Below, piece after piece: positions 49,326 to 60,543 of a stretch of DNA of 64,000 nt (within the stretch, counting starts at the first letter, position 1; every line of letters begins with the position of its first letter). Source of the stretch: Phyllosticta citribraziliensis. Lineage: Eukaryota. The stretch is from assembly GCF_038025025.1 (NCBI RefSeq), contig NW_027117343.1, positions 124,001 through 188,000 of the forward strand, read 5' to 3'. The translations under genes and the position numbers were made by a program. Below the pieces are notes generated by a model. It saw nothing but the letters and a program-made list of their open reading frames with translations. It did not search any database and had not been told where the DNA came from.

Positions 49326-50206
49326 GGTGGCTGTATTGGACAAAGAACGGCAGAGGAATGGGGATGAGTTGAGCGCAGCGAAAGGGCGGGAGTGTTATGA
49401 GTGATGGATGATGAGTGGGTGCTGTTTATGAAGGAGAGGATAGCCGTTGAGGTTTTTCGCGTGCTGTGCTTTGTTGGGACTGACGCCGTCTGGAGCTAAC
49501 AGATTGAGGTAGCGATTCGGTTCCAGCGACGTAAACGGAGGCACGAGTCGAGCGAGCGAGGCTTGTTTGCAAAAAGCGTGGCACACGCAGTAATGGCAGG
49601 GGACAATCGAGGAGTTTGCATATGCTTACCAGATAGATACATGATAGGAAGCATTCAACCCGCCCTAGATCAGCTGCGGGAGTCAAAGTGAGCGGTAATA
49701 GTGAGCATCCGATGGCTCACGCGCAGAACTCTAGGAAAGTATATGTGAACGACCTTTGCTACCAAGCCCCAGCGGTTCCCTTTACTTGCCGCCCTCCCCT
49801 CATCCACCAGTCAAAAAACGGGCTCACTGTTGCTACCGCTGGCACAGTCGCATCAATCCTTCCAGCAAATCCACCGGCCGACTCTCCTTCCCCCAGCCGC
49901 GGAACTCAGGGCTGCAACTCCTTCCCAAGCAAGCCCGCATCGCCCCACGTGTGAGAGAGTAGGGAGAAAACGGCGTGTTGTTCTCTTCGTCAAATTGACA
50001 CCTGGATGCGCAGAGTGCCGGAACCACGTCGCCCAACTGTTCTCCTTTTGACGCGGACCACGGTACAGCAGCCGGCGTGCTCCAGACAAGTCCGTTTAAA
50101 TCACATGCCGTACAAAACTTCATCTCCCCCCTGACATGGTCGTTGTGCATTTTCCGAGACGGAGAAACATGACGCCGCATGAGCGCTCCCTCACAAGCCC
50201 ACCCAG

Positions 50207-51220
50207 TCAACCCTTCAATTGATTTCGCGAGCGCTGACTCGTTCTGTACGACGCGACCCCCAGATTGACATTGCGGACGAACTCGCTGAGCGAGGCATCA
50301 GCATCCGGGGGGCAAATCCAAACGCGCAGCGCCGGATCAATGCGCATGTACGCCAGCATCAGCTGCGGATAGATCGCGGCAATCCCGAGACGGCGCGCCT
50401 CCCGCACCGCAGCGGCAACAAACTGCGTTGGCGAAAGGGCACCGCGCCGGATGCTCTCGGGGGTGAGGCCCATTGCCTCGAGCGCCTTGAGCGCGTCGAC
50501 CTGGACGGGGAGCGCGTGGGCGGCGGCCCGGTCCCATTGGCGCCGCAGCAGGTCGGCCGCGCCGTGGAGCGTGTCGCCGGTTGCGAGCGCGTTGCGCTCT
50601 GCGTCGCTCAGCACCGACGCGTGCCAGGTGCGCGCGGAGCCGGCGAAGCAGAGGTGGAGGTGTTTGCGGACGGTGGCGATGGGGATTGTGCGCGCGGCGA
50701 CGGTGACGGCGTCAAGGAAAGGCTCCACGTGGCGGTAGAAGGCGACGCTGCCTTTAGAGACGACGTCGCCGGGCCCGTACTCCTCGACGCTGAGATCGGG
50801 GTCGAAGAAGCCGATTTGGGCGGGTTCGAATTTCGGACGGTGCGCCTTCGCGAGGGCTTTCTCGGTAGAAGAAAGCTTGGCTTGAATTAATTTCATCTCC
50901 ACCCTCAGGAGCTTCACGTGTTCCCCTCGCGAGCTCAACTGTTGCTTGAGCCGTTCCGTCTCCTTTTTGCACTTGGCCAGTTCGGCAGCGTCGGGTGCAG
51001 CTGCTTCTTCCTTGAACCGGCTCAAGTTGCCGACCAACTGGCTCGTCGACTCGTTCAGTTGGTTCGCGAAGGTGAGGAGGTGGGCCATGGCTTGGTGGAC
51101 TTCCCCAGATGATGTCGTCTCTTGGGCAGCCTCGCTGCTGTCGCTCGAAGGCGTGGGCATTCCTAGATCCTCTGGCTCAGAAAACTCGCTTTCAGAGTCC
51201 AATTCGTCTACCGTCAACAT
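50207..51220 (-). CDS. Stand-alone Gag/capsid-like protein, paralog 4 (337 aa, intronless)
   Basis: MPTPSSDSSEAA, coiled coil, IGFFDPDL...FYRHVEPFLD...LHLCFAGSARTWH...LLRRQW...FVAAAVREARRLG...YPQLMLAYMRI...CPP...LSEFV. Most similar to paralog 1. Confidence 0.75.
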   Translation of the reverse strand: MLTVDELDSESEFSEPEDLGMPTPSSDSSEAAQETTSSGEVHQAMAHLLTFANQLNESTSQLVGNLSRFKEEAAAPDAAELAKCKKETERLKQQLSSRGEHVKLLRVEMKLIQAKLSSTEKALAKAHRPKFEPAQIGFFDPDLSVEEYGPGDVVSKGSVAFYRHVEPFLDAVTVAARTIPIATVRKHLHLCFAGSARTWHASVLSDAERNALATGDTLHGAADLLRRQWDRAAAHALPVQVDALKALEAMGLTPESIRRGALSPTQFVAAAVREARRLGIAAIYPQLMLAYMRIDPALRVWICPPDADASLSEFVRNVNLGVASYRTSQRSRNQLKG

Positions 51221-52293
51221 GGCTGATCTGGATGAAAGATTTGGTGTCGTGGCGACTGAAAGACAGCGTGGCAGACCCAAAAAGTGATGAAAGGTCTGGG
51301 AGAGAGGAGGAAACACAGAGGGCGATGTTGAGGTTTTATTCCCACTCCCGGTTCGTCGAAGAAGCGGACCGAAGCTAGATGCTAAAGTCGCCCCTGTCTC
51401 GACGACGCAAACAAGGGAGGAATTGTTGACAGACTCGCGGCGATTTTATCAAGGAACAGACCGACAGGCTAAGCGACCGTTCTAGCGAGAATTTCTGACG
51501 GTTCGAAGAGAAAAGCGGCACTGTTTGGCTGGAGAGGGTGTCAGACTAGGCCGGACGATGCGTCGAGCAGAAGAGACATGAGAGAGGGAACACATCGCAC
51601 TCGCTCGCTCAGTCGGGCAACAATCCCACACACACCCCTTCCATGTCCCTGGCTTCAACCAATTGAACCACTGAGCGGCCTTCACCGCTTTCTCACCAGC
51701 TGAGAAACTTTGGACGACACTTCAGCGCTGATTTCGATGAGGTTTGCTGGCTAGCATGCAGACAGGAGTAAGGCGCACGTATGGATGCACACACATCATC
51801 TGCTGCATGACTGCTCTATCGAGCGCATGTACCACGACGACGACGGCGACGACTGTGACAGCAACGACAAAGGAGACCGACAGCCAGAGTAATTAATAGA
51901 TGTGTCGGGATGGAATGAGAAGGGAGACAAAGAAAGAACCGGGGTAGCCGATTAGCCAGGCAGCGCATCACAACATCCCGCCAAGCAACGAGGAAACAGC
52001 ATACATACAAAAATACGTATGTAGCAGAGGCACATAGTGACGAAGAGGAAGAGACGGAAAAAGAATGACCGACCAACCTCTTTCTCTCTCTCCCTCCTGC
52101 TCTCGCTGCACCGTCGCCATCACCACCAGCCATGTCCTGTCTGTCAGTCACTCACCGCAGCCTCTCTAGCAGCTCTACTGTCAAAAGACAGCATGCGCAC
52201 TCAACCGGCGCCCGCAGCCATTCACTCAGCCAGCTAGCGACTCAAACAAGGCTGAAGCCAGCAAGAGAAAAGGAAAAAATGGCCCAGTCGAGT

Positions 52294-52324
<31 letters not shown>

Positions 52325-55300
52325 CCGCTGCGTCAAGACAGACAGACGCGTCAGACCCGCGCGGTCTACCTTTCATTCAGTCCAGACCGGTCAAGTCTAG
52401 ACAGGCAGGCAGGCAGGCAGACACACAGGCCAGGGGAGCAGCGGGCGGGAAGGCGGGCGGGCGGGCGGACGGACGGACGGGTGAGACATTCGGATTCGAA
52501 CAAGCACACACATCCAGATAGCTGCCGCGCCTCTGTCCGCGCCCATCTGCCGTCTGGCCACCCGCGACAAAAGAGTATCAGTACACGCAGACACAAGTTG
52601 AGGCCGATGACGCCGTGTGGCGAAGGTACGTCGTGCTGAAGCCATGGCGGCGGCCGGCTTCTTCGCTGACCTGAACGGTTGGAGCGAGCGCTCGAGGCTG
52701 TCTGTCGAGAGCATACGCTACGGCGGCGGAGACGGAGCCGCGCAGATTGAGAGGCTCAAGATACTGGACGTGAAAGAGACCTGCTCGAAGTTTACCGTCT
52801 GGTGGACAGAGCAGATGCGCACTGCTGCCTGACTGCGTCGTGAATGTTTCCCGCGGGGCCATTTTTCTGAATGGCTGGTTCGCTGCCTATCCATTTTGTC
52901 TTTGGACAAAGTCAATGTACATATCAGCAGCAGGCAGGACGAATCAAGGGCACCTCGATGCCGTCCGTCAGTCAGTCAGCGTCAGCCTCAACGCGCCAAG
53001 ACAGGTTAAAGGCGAGTGGGTGCCAAAGGCAGAGCACGGAGGAAAGGAGAGGCCCAGTCGGCAGCACTGCCATGGCCTGCCACGCCATCCCAGCCCGGTC
53101 GGTCGCTCTACTGCTGCTGCCACGGCGGAAGAACCCAAACCCAATCACGCGTTAGGTGCCGGGTACGACGCTTGATTGGGCCCGGCCAAGGTATGTCCAC
53201 GCTCGACTGCCGACTGATCCCAAGCGGTTCGCAGTCGAGAGCCGGCGATTTGGGTGGCGTGTGGCTCGTGTGCGGCTTCTCATGAGTAGCTATACTCGCG
53301 TATAAGGTGGGTCTAGTCGTTCCGTTATTTTTGCATCCGCGCGAAACTCTGCAAGCAAAGAGGCTCGACGATTTGGAAAGAGGCGGTGGCGTGCGCTGCG
53401 AGAAGCGCTTCCTATCGCGGTCGTCGATGCGAAGGGCGTCGAAATTTCCCGGCAGAAATCGATGATGACTTGCCGGACCAAAGGCGACCGAGCTGTCCAC
53501 AGCACTCTTCGTAAGCACAGGCGCGCGCAGGCAGCGAGGGGAAATAGAGTTTGGACATGCACGTCCAAGGAGGCAGCCTCGCTAGGTAAGCTGGCAGCTG
53601 CTGTCCGTCTGGCTTGTGAAGAAGACCAGGGGCAAACCTGCTACTGCAGCCTGTCAAGGACAGAATGGCCATGTTCAGGGGTGCGTGCGCTGTAAGCAGA
53701 CGTCTGTCGTGGATGCGAGGCAGCAAGACGTGTGCATGGACATTGCTGTGGCTTTTGTGAAATGACTCGAGGAACGTGGCTCGTCTCCGATGAACCCATT
53801 CTGTTCGATTGCCCAAGCCAGAGCTACCATATTCGGAACCGTGCGGGCAGGGTCGGCGGCCATGGTGAGGTGCGGTCGAGGGCTCCTCCCTGCCTGGCTC
53901 AGGAGAGAGGCTCAAGGCGATCGGGTGCAGCGCGACGTCCATGGAGGTACCTGGCGGGACCGTCGACAAGAGAATGGTCCTGCGACATGTAGGGCCGTGC
54001 TTGGGTGGCGAGTATACAAGAGCTTGGACAGTGGTGTGGAAGAGACGTGGACAATGACAGGTTGTCCTCAAACCGTAATTGCATCACAGGGACACAGCAC
54101 ATCCGCTGCCACGCCTCGGCCCGCTACAATCTCTCCGGACCTGACCCCCGCCTGGAGCCGGTCGACGTGATTGGTCTGTGGCGGAGGTGCAGCTCCGGCA
54201 GTCTGTTACGCCCTGCTGGCGTTGCTTTGCAGTCGGCAAAGTCCAGACGGGTGCAGCGCCAATGAAGGCTCTTTTTGTCCAAAGATGATTCTGCAGGGCA
54301 AAGTTAGTGGGATTCGCTGCCGCGTCGCGCTGTGAGCCATCCTATGAGAGCCGGCGGACGTGTAGGGAGCAGGGATGTTGGGTAGAGTAGGCTCGTCCAA
54401 GGCCAGGCGCGTGCTCACGGCCGCGAATCGAACGGGTGCGAGCGGCAGCATATTACAAGGTTTAGGCGTTGGTGTGCCTGGACTGGCTCCCTCAGTGATT
54501 ACCGACGAGAGCCTGAGCCGAGCGGCATGGCATGATGTTGAAGGAACAAAACAACGGCAGAGATGCGGGGCAGAGCTAAAGGCCCACACGAGCGAAGCAA
54601 ACAGAGTTGCTGCGTGTGGAGCATTTGGATGCGGCTGGCCAGGAAGCGGACCGACTGAGGCTCTGTTGGGGGTTGGAAAATGGAGAAGTGTCTGCCTGAG
54701 TGGTGAAGATCTGGAGACGAGCGCAGGGGACCAGATGCCGATCATGGGTCCGTCTGGCCCCACAAGTGGCCGTTGATGCGGAGGCACGAGGCTGAGTCAG
54801 TGGCTAGGTGGAAAAGTAAGAGGGCGAGGCTGTCAGGGAAGACCCAGCGAGTGGAGGATGAGCCGGCGGCCGCGCGAACCTTTGAAGGCGGGCGACGTAT
54901 CCCGGAAAGACCCCTAATATCAGAGGGCATCTGCAGAGGACTGGGATGGCCAGCACGTCATGACGGGTGCAACGATGTAGATGGTTGCTCGATTGGGATG
55001 GTTGGGCGGACTTGGTTGGGTTGGCGGAGCCTCAAGATGGGCAGCGGAGGGCAAAAACCAAAAGCGAAAAGCAAGCAAGCAAGCAGGCAGATTGGGCATG
55101 TTTTCCGGGTCGCGATGATTGGATTGCGGGATCGCGCGAGGCCATTCAGTCGAGTGAGTCGTCAGCCTTGGCCAAAAGCAATGGGCTGGGTGTGTAGGGA
55201 AATGTCGGAGGATGAGGCTCGCTCCCGCAGTCTTCAGCCGGGATGTGGCGGAGGACATTGTGAAACCAGTGATGGAGGGCGCTCGGAGGTTTGGAGTTTC

Positions 55301-55482
55301 ATGGGGGCAGCCTGGACGCGATTCAGCACATGCGCAGAGGGTAGGGTAGTAAAATGCCGCGTTTGCTTGGGCGGGTCAGGTACGTACCGTACTGAGTGAG
55401 AGGGGAGGTGGTACGGGCTGGGCTGGAGTGAGACGCGGGCGGGGCGACGATGGGTTGGGCACAGGTCGAGGAGAGGTTGACG

Positions 55483-55520
55483 AGGAGAGGAGAGGAGAGG
55501 AGAGGAGAGGAGAGGAGAGG
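55483..55520. repeat. (GGAGA)n pentanucleotide microsatellite upstream of the Whi3-like gene
   Basis: About 7 consecutive GGAGA/AGAGG units. Confidence 0.8.
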
Positions 55521-56320
55521 ATCAAGAGTCGAGAGTCGAGCGCTGAGATGGATGGAGTCGAGGAGGGAGTCGAGTCGAGGAAGAACCAAAGACATGGTGG
55601 TGGTGGTGTTGTGTCAGGTCAGTGCTGTTCCCTTCCCGCTCTCCGTCCGCACCGATCGCTGGAGCCAAGCCTTATCATTGGCCCGCCGCTATCTGAAGCT
55701 CTAGCTGCTGGGCCGTCCCCAAACAGTCAAAGGCCGCCCCCAGCACCACCTCAGTCGCTGTCCCCACACGCCCGCCGCTCTCCCTCACTTTACCTTCTTG
55801 ACCTCTACTCACCTACTACTTTACACTCCACTCCGCTCCACTCCATTCCTCTCCCTCCGACACCACCACCACCACCGCATCGCATCCCCATCGCTGCCCG
55901 TCGCCTAGCTGCGTCTGCATTGCCCGCCAGCCTGCCCGCCTGCCTGCCTGCCTACCGCTTGAAAGCTCAAGCCGCCGCACGCCGCACTACCCTACCCTAC
56001 CCTACCTGACGCCAGCACCAGCACCAGCACCCGTCCGCCCGCCCGCTACGCTGCATCTCGCTCCACCTCACCTCGCCTCGCCTCGCTTCGCATCGCGACC
56101 ACGCCTCGACAACCTCGTCGTCCTCGGTCAGTTAATCCACCGCCGATCCTGATTCCGCCATCCATTCCCGCTGCATCATCGTCGACTTTTGGCCCAGGAG
56201 CATTCCAAAACGCCTTCGCATCGCCACCGCTCGCTCCCTTTGTCTCGACGCCAGACTACGTGCCGTCTTCCTCTTTGACCGCGCGCAACCACCACCGCAG
56301 CGGAAACCACAAAGACCGAC

Positions 56321-58084
56321 ATGGCCGCAGGGCCTCCATCTGCTAGCACCAGTCCATCGCATCTTTCGCCAAATCACTTCCTCAAGGCTCAGTTCAACGG
56401 CTCGTCGCCGCCAAAGTTTCCCTTCTCGACCACCACCATGACCGCCGACGTCTTTTCGGCCACGGCCGCCCCTTTGTCCCACGGCTATACTCTCTCACCC
56501 ATTGGCGAGCGCGAGTCTCTCGAGAATGGCACCTCCCCGCTTTTTGCGCTCCCCGAGCTCGAGTCGTCCATCAGCAATCCCGAGACCAAGTACACCCCCA
56601 CAATTCTCGTACGCAAGCTGCCGCGCAACACCAGCGACGAAGCTGTCCGCAGCATGCTCCTGTTTGCCAAGGACCTCCTCAGTACTGAAGTCGTGAGAAC
56701 CGACTTCCCCGAGGACAAGGGATACTCTACCGCCCTCGCCCGGTTTAGGTCCATCGCTGGAGCCGAGGACGCAAGAGAAAAGCTAAACGGCAAACCAAAC
56801 GCGGCCAACGATGGCAAAATGGTTGTGGAGATTCTACCCTCTGGAGGCCTTCCCGCCGTGTTTGGCGCTCGGCGGAACACGGTTGACGGCACCGCCAGCC
56901 GTCAGACGTCGGGATCGAATTCGTCGGCTGCCTCGTCCACCGGTCGCCAATCTTCGCGCTTCAACGGTACCTTTCAATCCCTTGAGAAGCTGTCTCCACC
57001 GAATGGCGCCCTCGGGAACGGTGACTTCTCCCTCACCGACACTGGTCTGTTCAGTCCCAAGTCACCCGTCGCCAACCCCTTTGGAGAGCGTTCCCAGAAC
57101 CTCAGCAAGCAACTCATCAACGATGACGCCGGCGACGACGAGACCAACGAGTTGATCAAAGACCCGGTGGCCTATGCGAGAAGTGGTCAAAACGGTCCGA
57201 CTCACCTGGGTCGGCGCACCACAACCCCGCAGCTCCCCGTTTCGCGTTTCGCCAGCTTGTCTCTCAACACGACTAGCGGCACCAACAGCTTGAAGTCGCC
57301 TCCGCTGTCTAGCTTTGCATCTCCCCGGTCGGTGGCGACGGTGCACTCCCCCGGTCCACCAATGTCGGCCATCTCGCCAAACAACGTGCACCCCACCATG
57401 GGCTCCTTGGGACCAAACTCCAACTACCAGCTGACTCCTCAGCACTACCAACGGCACAATTATCCTCCGGTCAATCCGGCCGACCAAAACCCGCCTTGCA
57501 ATACGCTGTACGTGGGTAACCTACCCATGGACACGTCCGAGGACGAGCTCAAGGCCATGTTCTCCAAGCAAAGGGGATACAAGCGGCTATGTTTCCGCAC
57601 CAAGGCCAACGGGCCCATGTGCTTTGTCGAGTTCGAAGATGTCTCCTTCGCAACCAAGGCCTTGAACGAGCTTTACGGCCACCCTCTGCACAACAGCGTC
57701 AAGGGCGGCATCAGATTGAGCTTTTCCAAGAATCCGTTGGGAGTTCGCACCGGACAAAACAACAACAACAGTACGTCGACTTCGTCGATGACTTCGCAAA
57801 ACACCGCGCCCGGCATGGGCAGCGGCTTGGGCATGACTCCTGGCGGCTTTTCTACGGCCACGGGCCCACCTCCCGGACTGGCACCTCCCGGCATGACCTC
57901 GCCCGTCGGCGGCGTCGGCAGCGTCAACGGGAGCTCCAGCTTTGGCATGTTCTCCAACGGCAGCTTCGGCCTCTCTGGCAACTCGATGAGGTCGCAGCCT
58001 CTTTCCGGTGGCATGGCGGCCACCACCACCAGCGCATTTGGCGGAATGAGTAATGGCTATTCCGACTACATGATGGGGCGTTGA
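56321..58084 (+). CDS. WHI3: Whi3/Whi4/Scw1-family RRM RNA-binding protein
   Basis: Diagnostic PPVNPADQNPPCNTLYVGNLP...FSKQRGYKRLCFRTK.NGPMCFVEFEDV..AT.AL.ELYG..L.NS.KGGIRLSFSKNPLGVR; a second degenerate N-terminal RRM (ILVRKLP). Confidence 0.93.
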   Translation: MAAGPPSASTSPSHLSPNHFLKAQFNGSSPPKFPFSTTTMTADVFSATAAPLSHGYTLSPIGERESLENGTSPLFALPELESSISNPETKYTPTILVRKLPRNTSDEAVRSMLLFAKDLLSTEVVRTDFPEDKGYSTALARFRSIAGAEDAREKLNGKPNAANDGKMVVEILPSGGLPAVFGARRNTVDGTASRQTSGSNSSAASSTGRQSSRFNGTFQSLEKLSPPNGALGNGDFSLTDTGLFSPKSPVANPFGERSQNLSKQLINDDAGDDETNELIKDPVAYARSGQNGPTHLGRRTTTPQLPVSRFASLSLNTTSGTNSLKSPPLSSFASPRSVATVHSPGPPMSAISPNNVHPTMGSLGPNSNYQLTPQHYQRHNYPPVNPADQNPPCNTLYVGNLPMDTSEDELKAMFSKQRGYKRLCFRTKANGPMCFVEFEDVSFATKALNELYGHPLHNSVKGGIRLSFSKNPLGVRTGQNNNNSTSTSSMTSQNTAPGMGSGLGMTPGGFSTATGPPPGLAPPGMTSPVGGVGSVNGSSSFGMFSNGSFGLSGNSMRSQPLSGGMAATTTSAFGGMSNGYSDYMMGR

Positions 58085-59324
58085 GAAAAAGACTGATTTT
58101 ACACTTGTTTTTTCATGCCACGCGGACGCGGCGTTCGTGGGGAACGGCGTTGGGCTGCCGCTCCTTTTCTTGCACACCTGTCTTACCTGTCTTTTCCGAG
58201 TCATTTCACGGTGTTTAACCACGTGTATCCTTTTATGCTGGAATGGGTCCTGGTCACGGCGCGACGTACTTTCAACCACCCTCTCCATCAGGTCATCTTG
58301 GAGGTGGTCTCCTTTTAGCATACAGCGATGATTCCCCCCGTGCGTTTTTGGCATTCTTCATGGTCTGCTGTCGGAAGCGTTGATGCATTGTCGGGTGTTC
58401 ACTAGGGCTCCCATTGTTTCCTTTTCTCTCCTGCCGCGTCGGCTTGGACGCTTCGAGGCAGAGACTTTCTTCATGGGCCTGATTGCTGGGTAGGAAAAGC
58501 ACGGTCGCGAGAGCTGTGGCATCCTCATTTATCGGAATGGGAACAAAGGGACTCGTAGCGACTGGTTTTTTTCTTTTTCTCGTTATTGCTTCCGACAGCT
58601 GCCATGCCCCCTCCAGAGAATCATATTGGCAACATTTTTTCTTTTCTTCCTTTTTCTGCCCCTCTCACTAAAAGACCGGTCATCTAATATCCAAAACTGC
58701 CAGGCGCTGGATCGCACATGTCGAGGCGCTTCGAGCTGCTGCATGACGACGGGTGTTGCTGTTTCCCCAACACACAAGCGGCACATTTTCGCGAAACCAG
58801 GTTGTGGGGCGCGTCTGTTTGCATGGGACTCGTTTTCTCCGTTCTTCAAATAATGCTCCCTCCTTTTGTCTTGTTCTGTGGGTCGTTCCTTCGTCGGTCG
58901 TTGGTGTGTTGCGAGTTTGTTAGCTTTATAGAATATGGACTGCCCTTTTCTTTGCACTCTGCGACTGCCGTGGTGCTGAATGTGGCAAACATGTGCGCGG
59001 ATCTACTCGCTGACGTGCGTCTCGTATGTGTTGACGTGTCTGGGACGACCGCGGGTGCCTGACGATCCAGGAACTGGCTTCCGAGCCCTGCAGTGAAGTC
59101 ATTGCCGTCCTGAAGGCAGAGGCTCATCACGTGCGCCCCTCGGCTGTCGCCGGCGTTTCGCCGACGCGAGCTACGGGCGGGAGAAATCTTTGCCAACCAC
59201 GTCCAACAACTCCGTCAACACCACCTCCACATCAACCCCATCAACGCGTTATACCCTCTTCCCTTTTTGTCATTGTCATCAATTCCTCTTTCTTCATCCA
59301 CCGCTGCCCACAAAAGTCTCCACC

Positions 59325-60543
59325 ATGGCCTCGCGGCCTTCATTCTCCCTCTCCGCCTCCCTCTCACAATGCGTCCGGACACAACGCACCTCAATAGGCA
59401 CACAAGCACAGACGCGGCCCTTTTCACAATCATGTCGACGAGAGAAGCAAACGCTCCTACGACGAAGAATGTGGGACTGGCTTCGGGGACCCTTGGGCAC
59501 GGCGCTGCGCGACCCCATAGCGGGCGGCACAAACTACCTCAACGCATACGACCTGCGCTCCGGCGTGCTTCGGCGGACGGGCAAACCACGGCCGCCTCCT
59601 GGCGAGACTATCGAGCCGTCGGCAACCGCTCTAGACCTCAGGCCTTTTCCGCAAAATCCTTCTTTTCCTAGCTCCCGGGTGCTGAGCGAGGAGCTGCGGG
59701 AGAAGATTTACCAGAGCATCGAGGTGGAGAAGCAGTCGATACAGGACGTGTGCTCGACGTATGGCGTGACGCTGCAGCGGGCGGCGGCCGTGGTGCGGTT
59801 GAAGGCCTTGGAGAAGAAGTGGGAGCAGCAAGTAAGTCGCCTCTGGTTCCATCACCCCTTACCCAATGATGAGACAAAATACGATTAGTCTTTCCGACTA
59901 CTCCATGGAGACACTTGCCTATTTATTCTGAGCACACAAATTCCCCCTCAATCAATTCAACGTGGCGTGGACGAACAGCACCGCTAACCAGGCCCAGGAA
60001 AAATTCCTCGCCAAACCCTACTCGCGCGCCGTCCTCGACATGCTTCCCAAGACCGAGCTCGCCCGCGACCAGCGCGACCAGCAGGACCACGAATCGACGG
60101 CCGACCTGCCCGTGCACGCCGCGACCAAGACGCAAATCTTCTGGCCAGCGCCCGAATCGAGCCACTTCACGCGCGCCGACGCGGCCAAGATCTTCGACAA
60201 GGAGCTGCTGCCGGCCGACGAGCGCATCCCGATGCCCGAGCAGATCGACGCGGCGCGCGACCAGCTGATGGGGCTGTCGGCGCGCGAGCAGGGCGAGCGG
60301 CACGTGCAGCGCCTCCAGGCGCTCGAGGCGCAGCGCGCGCAGGAGAAGAGCGCCGCCGAGGCGAAGGCCCGCGCCGTCAAGCGCGTGCAGGGCCGCCGCT
60401 TTGATTTCAAGTTTGAGGATGTCAGCGTCGATGATGCGGGCGTGGATGGCAAGAGCCCGGATGGTGTCGGTTGGCGCTATGGCATGCCGCACGAGGACCG
60501 CAAGAGGGGCCAGTACAAGCACCCCAAGCGCGTCGAGGCATAG
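59325..60543 (+). CDS. MRPS35: Mitochondrial small-subunit ribosomal protein mS45 (MRPS35/Bot1), 2 exons
   Basis: Mitochondrial presequence; RPFPQNPSFPS..VLSEELREKIY...RAAAVVRLKALEKKW; F....ES.HFTRADAA; C-terminal VGWRYGMPHEDRKRG. Intron 59832-59997. Confidence 0.9.
59862..59935 (+). ncRNA. Intron-encoded box C/D snoRNA (candidate)
   Basis: C box ATGATGA 59866-59872; D'-like CCGA 59894-59897; C'-like ATGGAGA ~59905; D box CTGA 59928-59931. Antisense element CGATTAGTCTTT(C) is complementary to the conserved LSU rRNA sequence GAAAGACUAAUCG. Host intron is unusually long (166 nt). Confidence 0.8.

Noticed and set aside
46900..51700. Intact LTR retrotransposon explaining the Gag-like ORFs
   Set aside because: No protease/RT/RNaseH/integrase motifs in any frame and no long direct repeats seen by eye; each ORF has its own start and short spacer.
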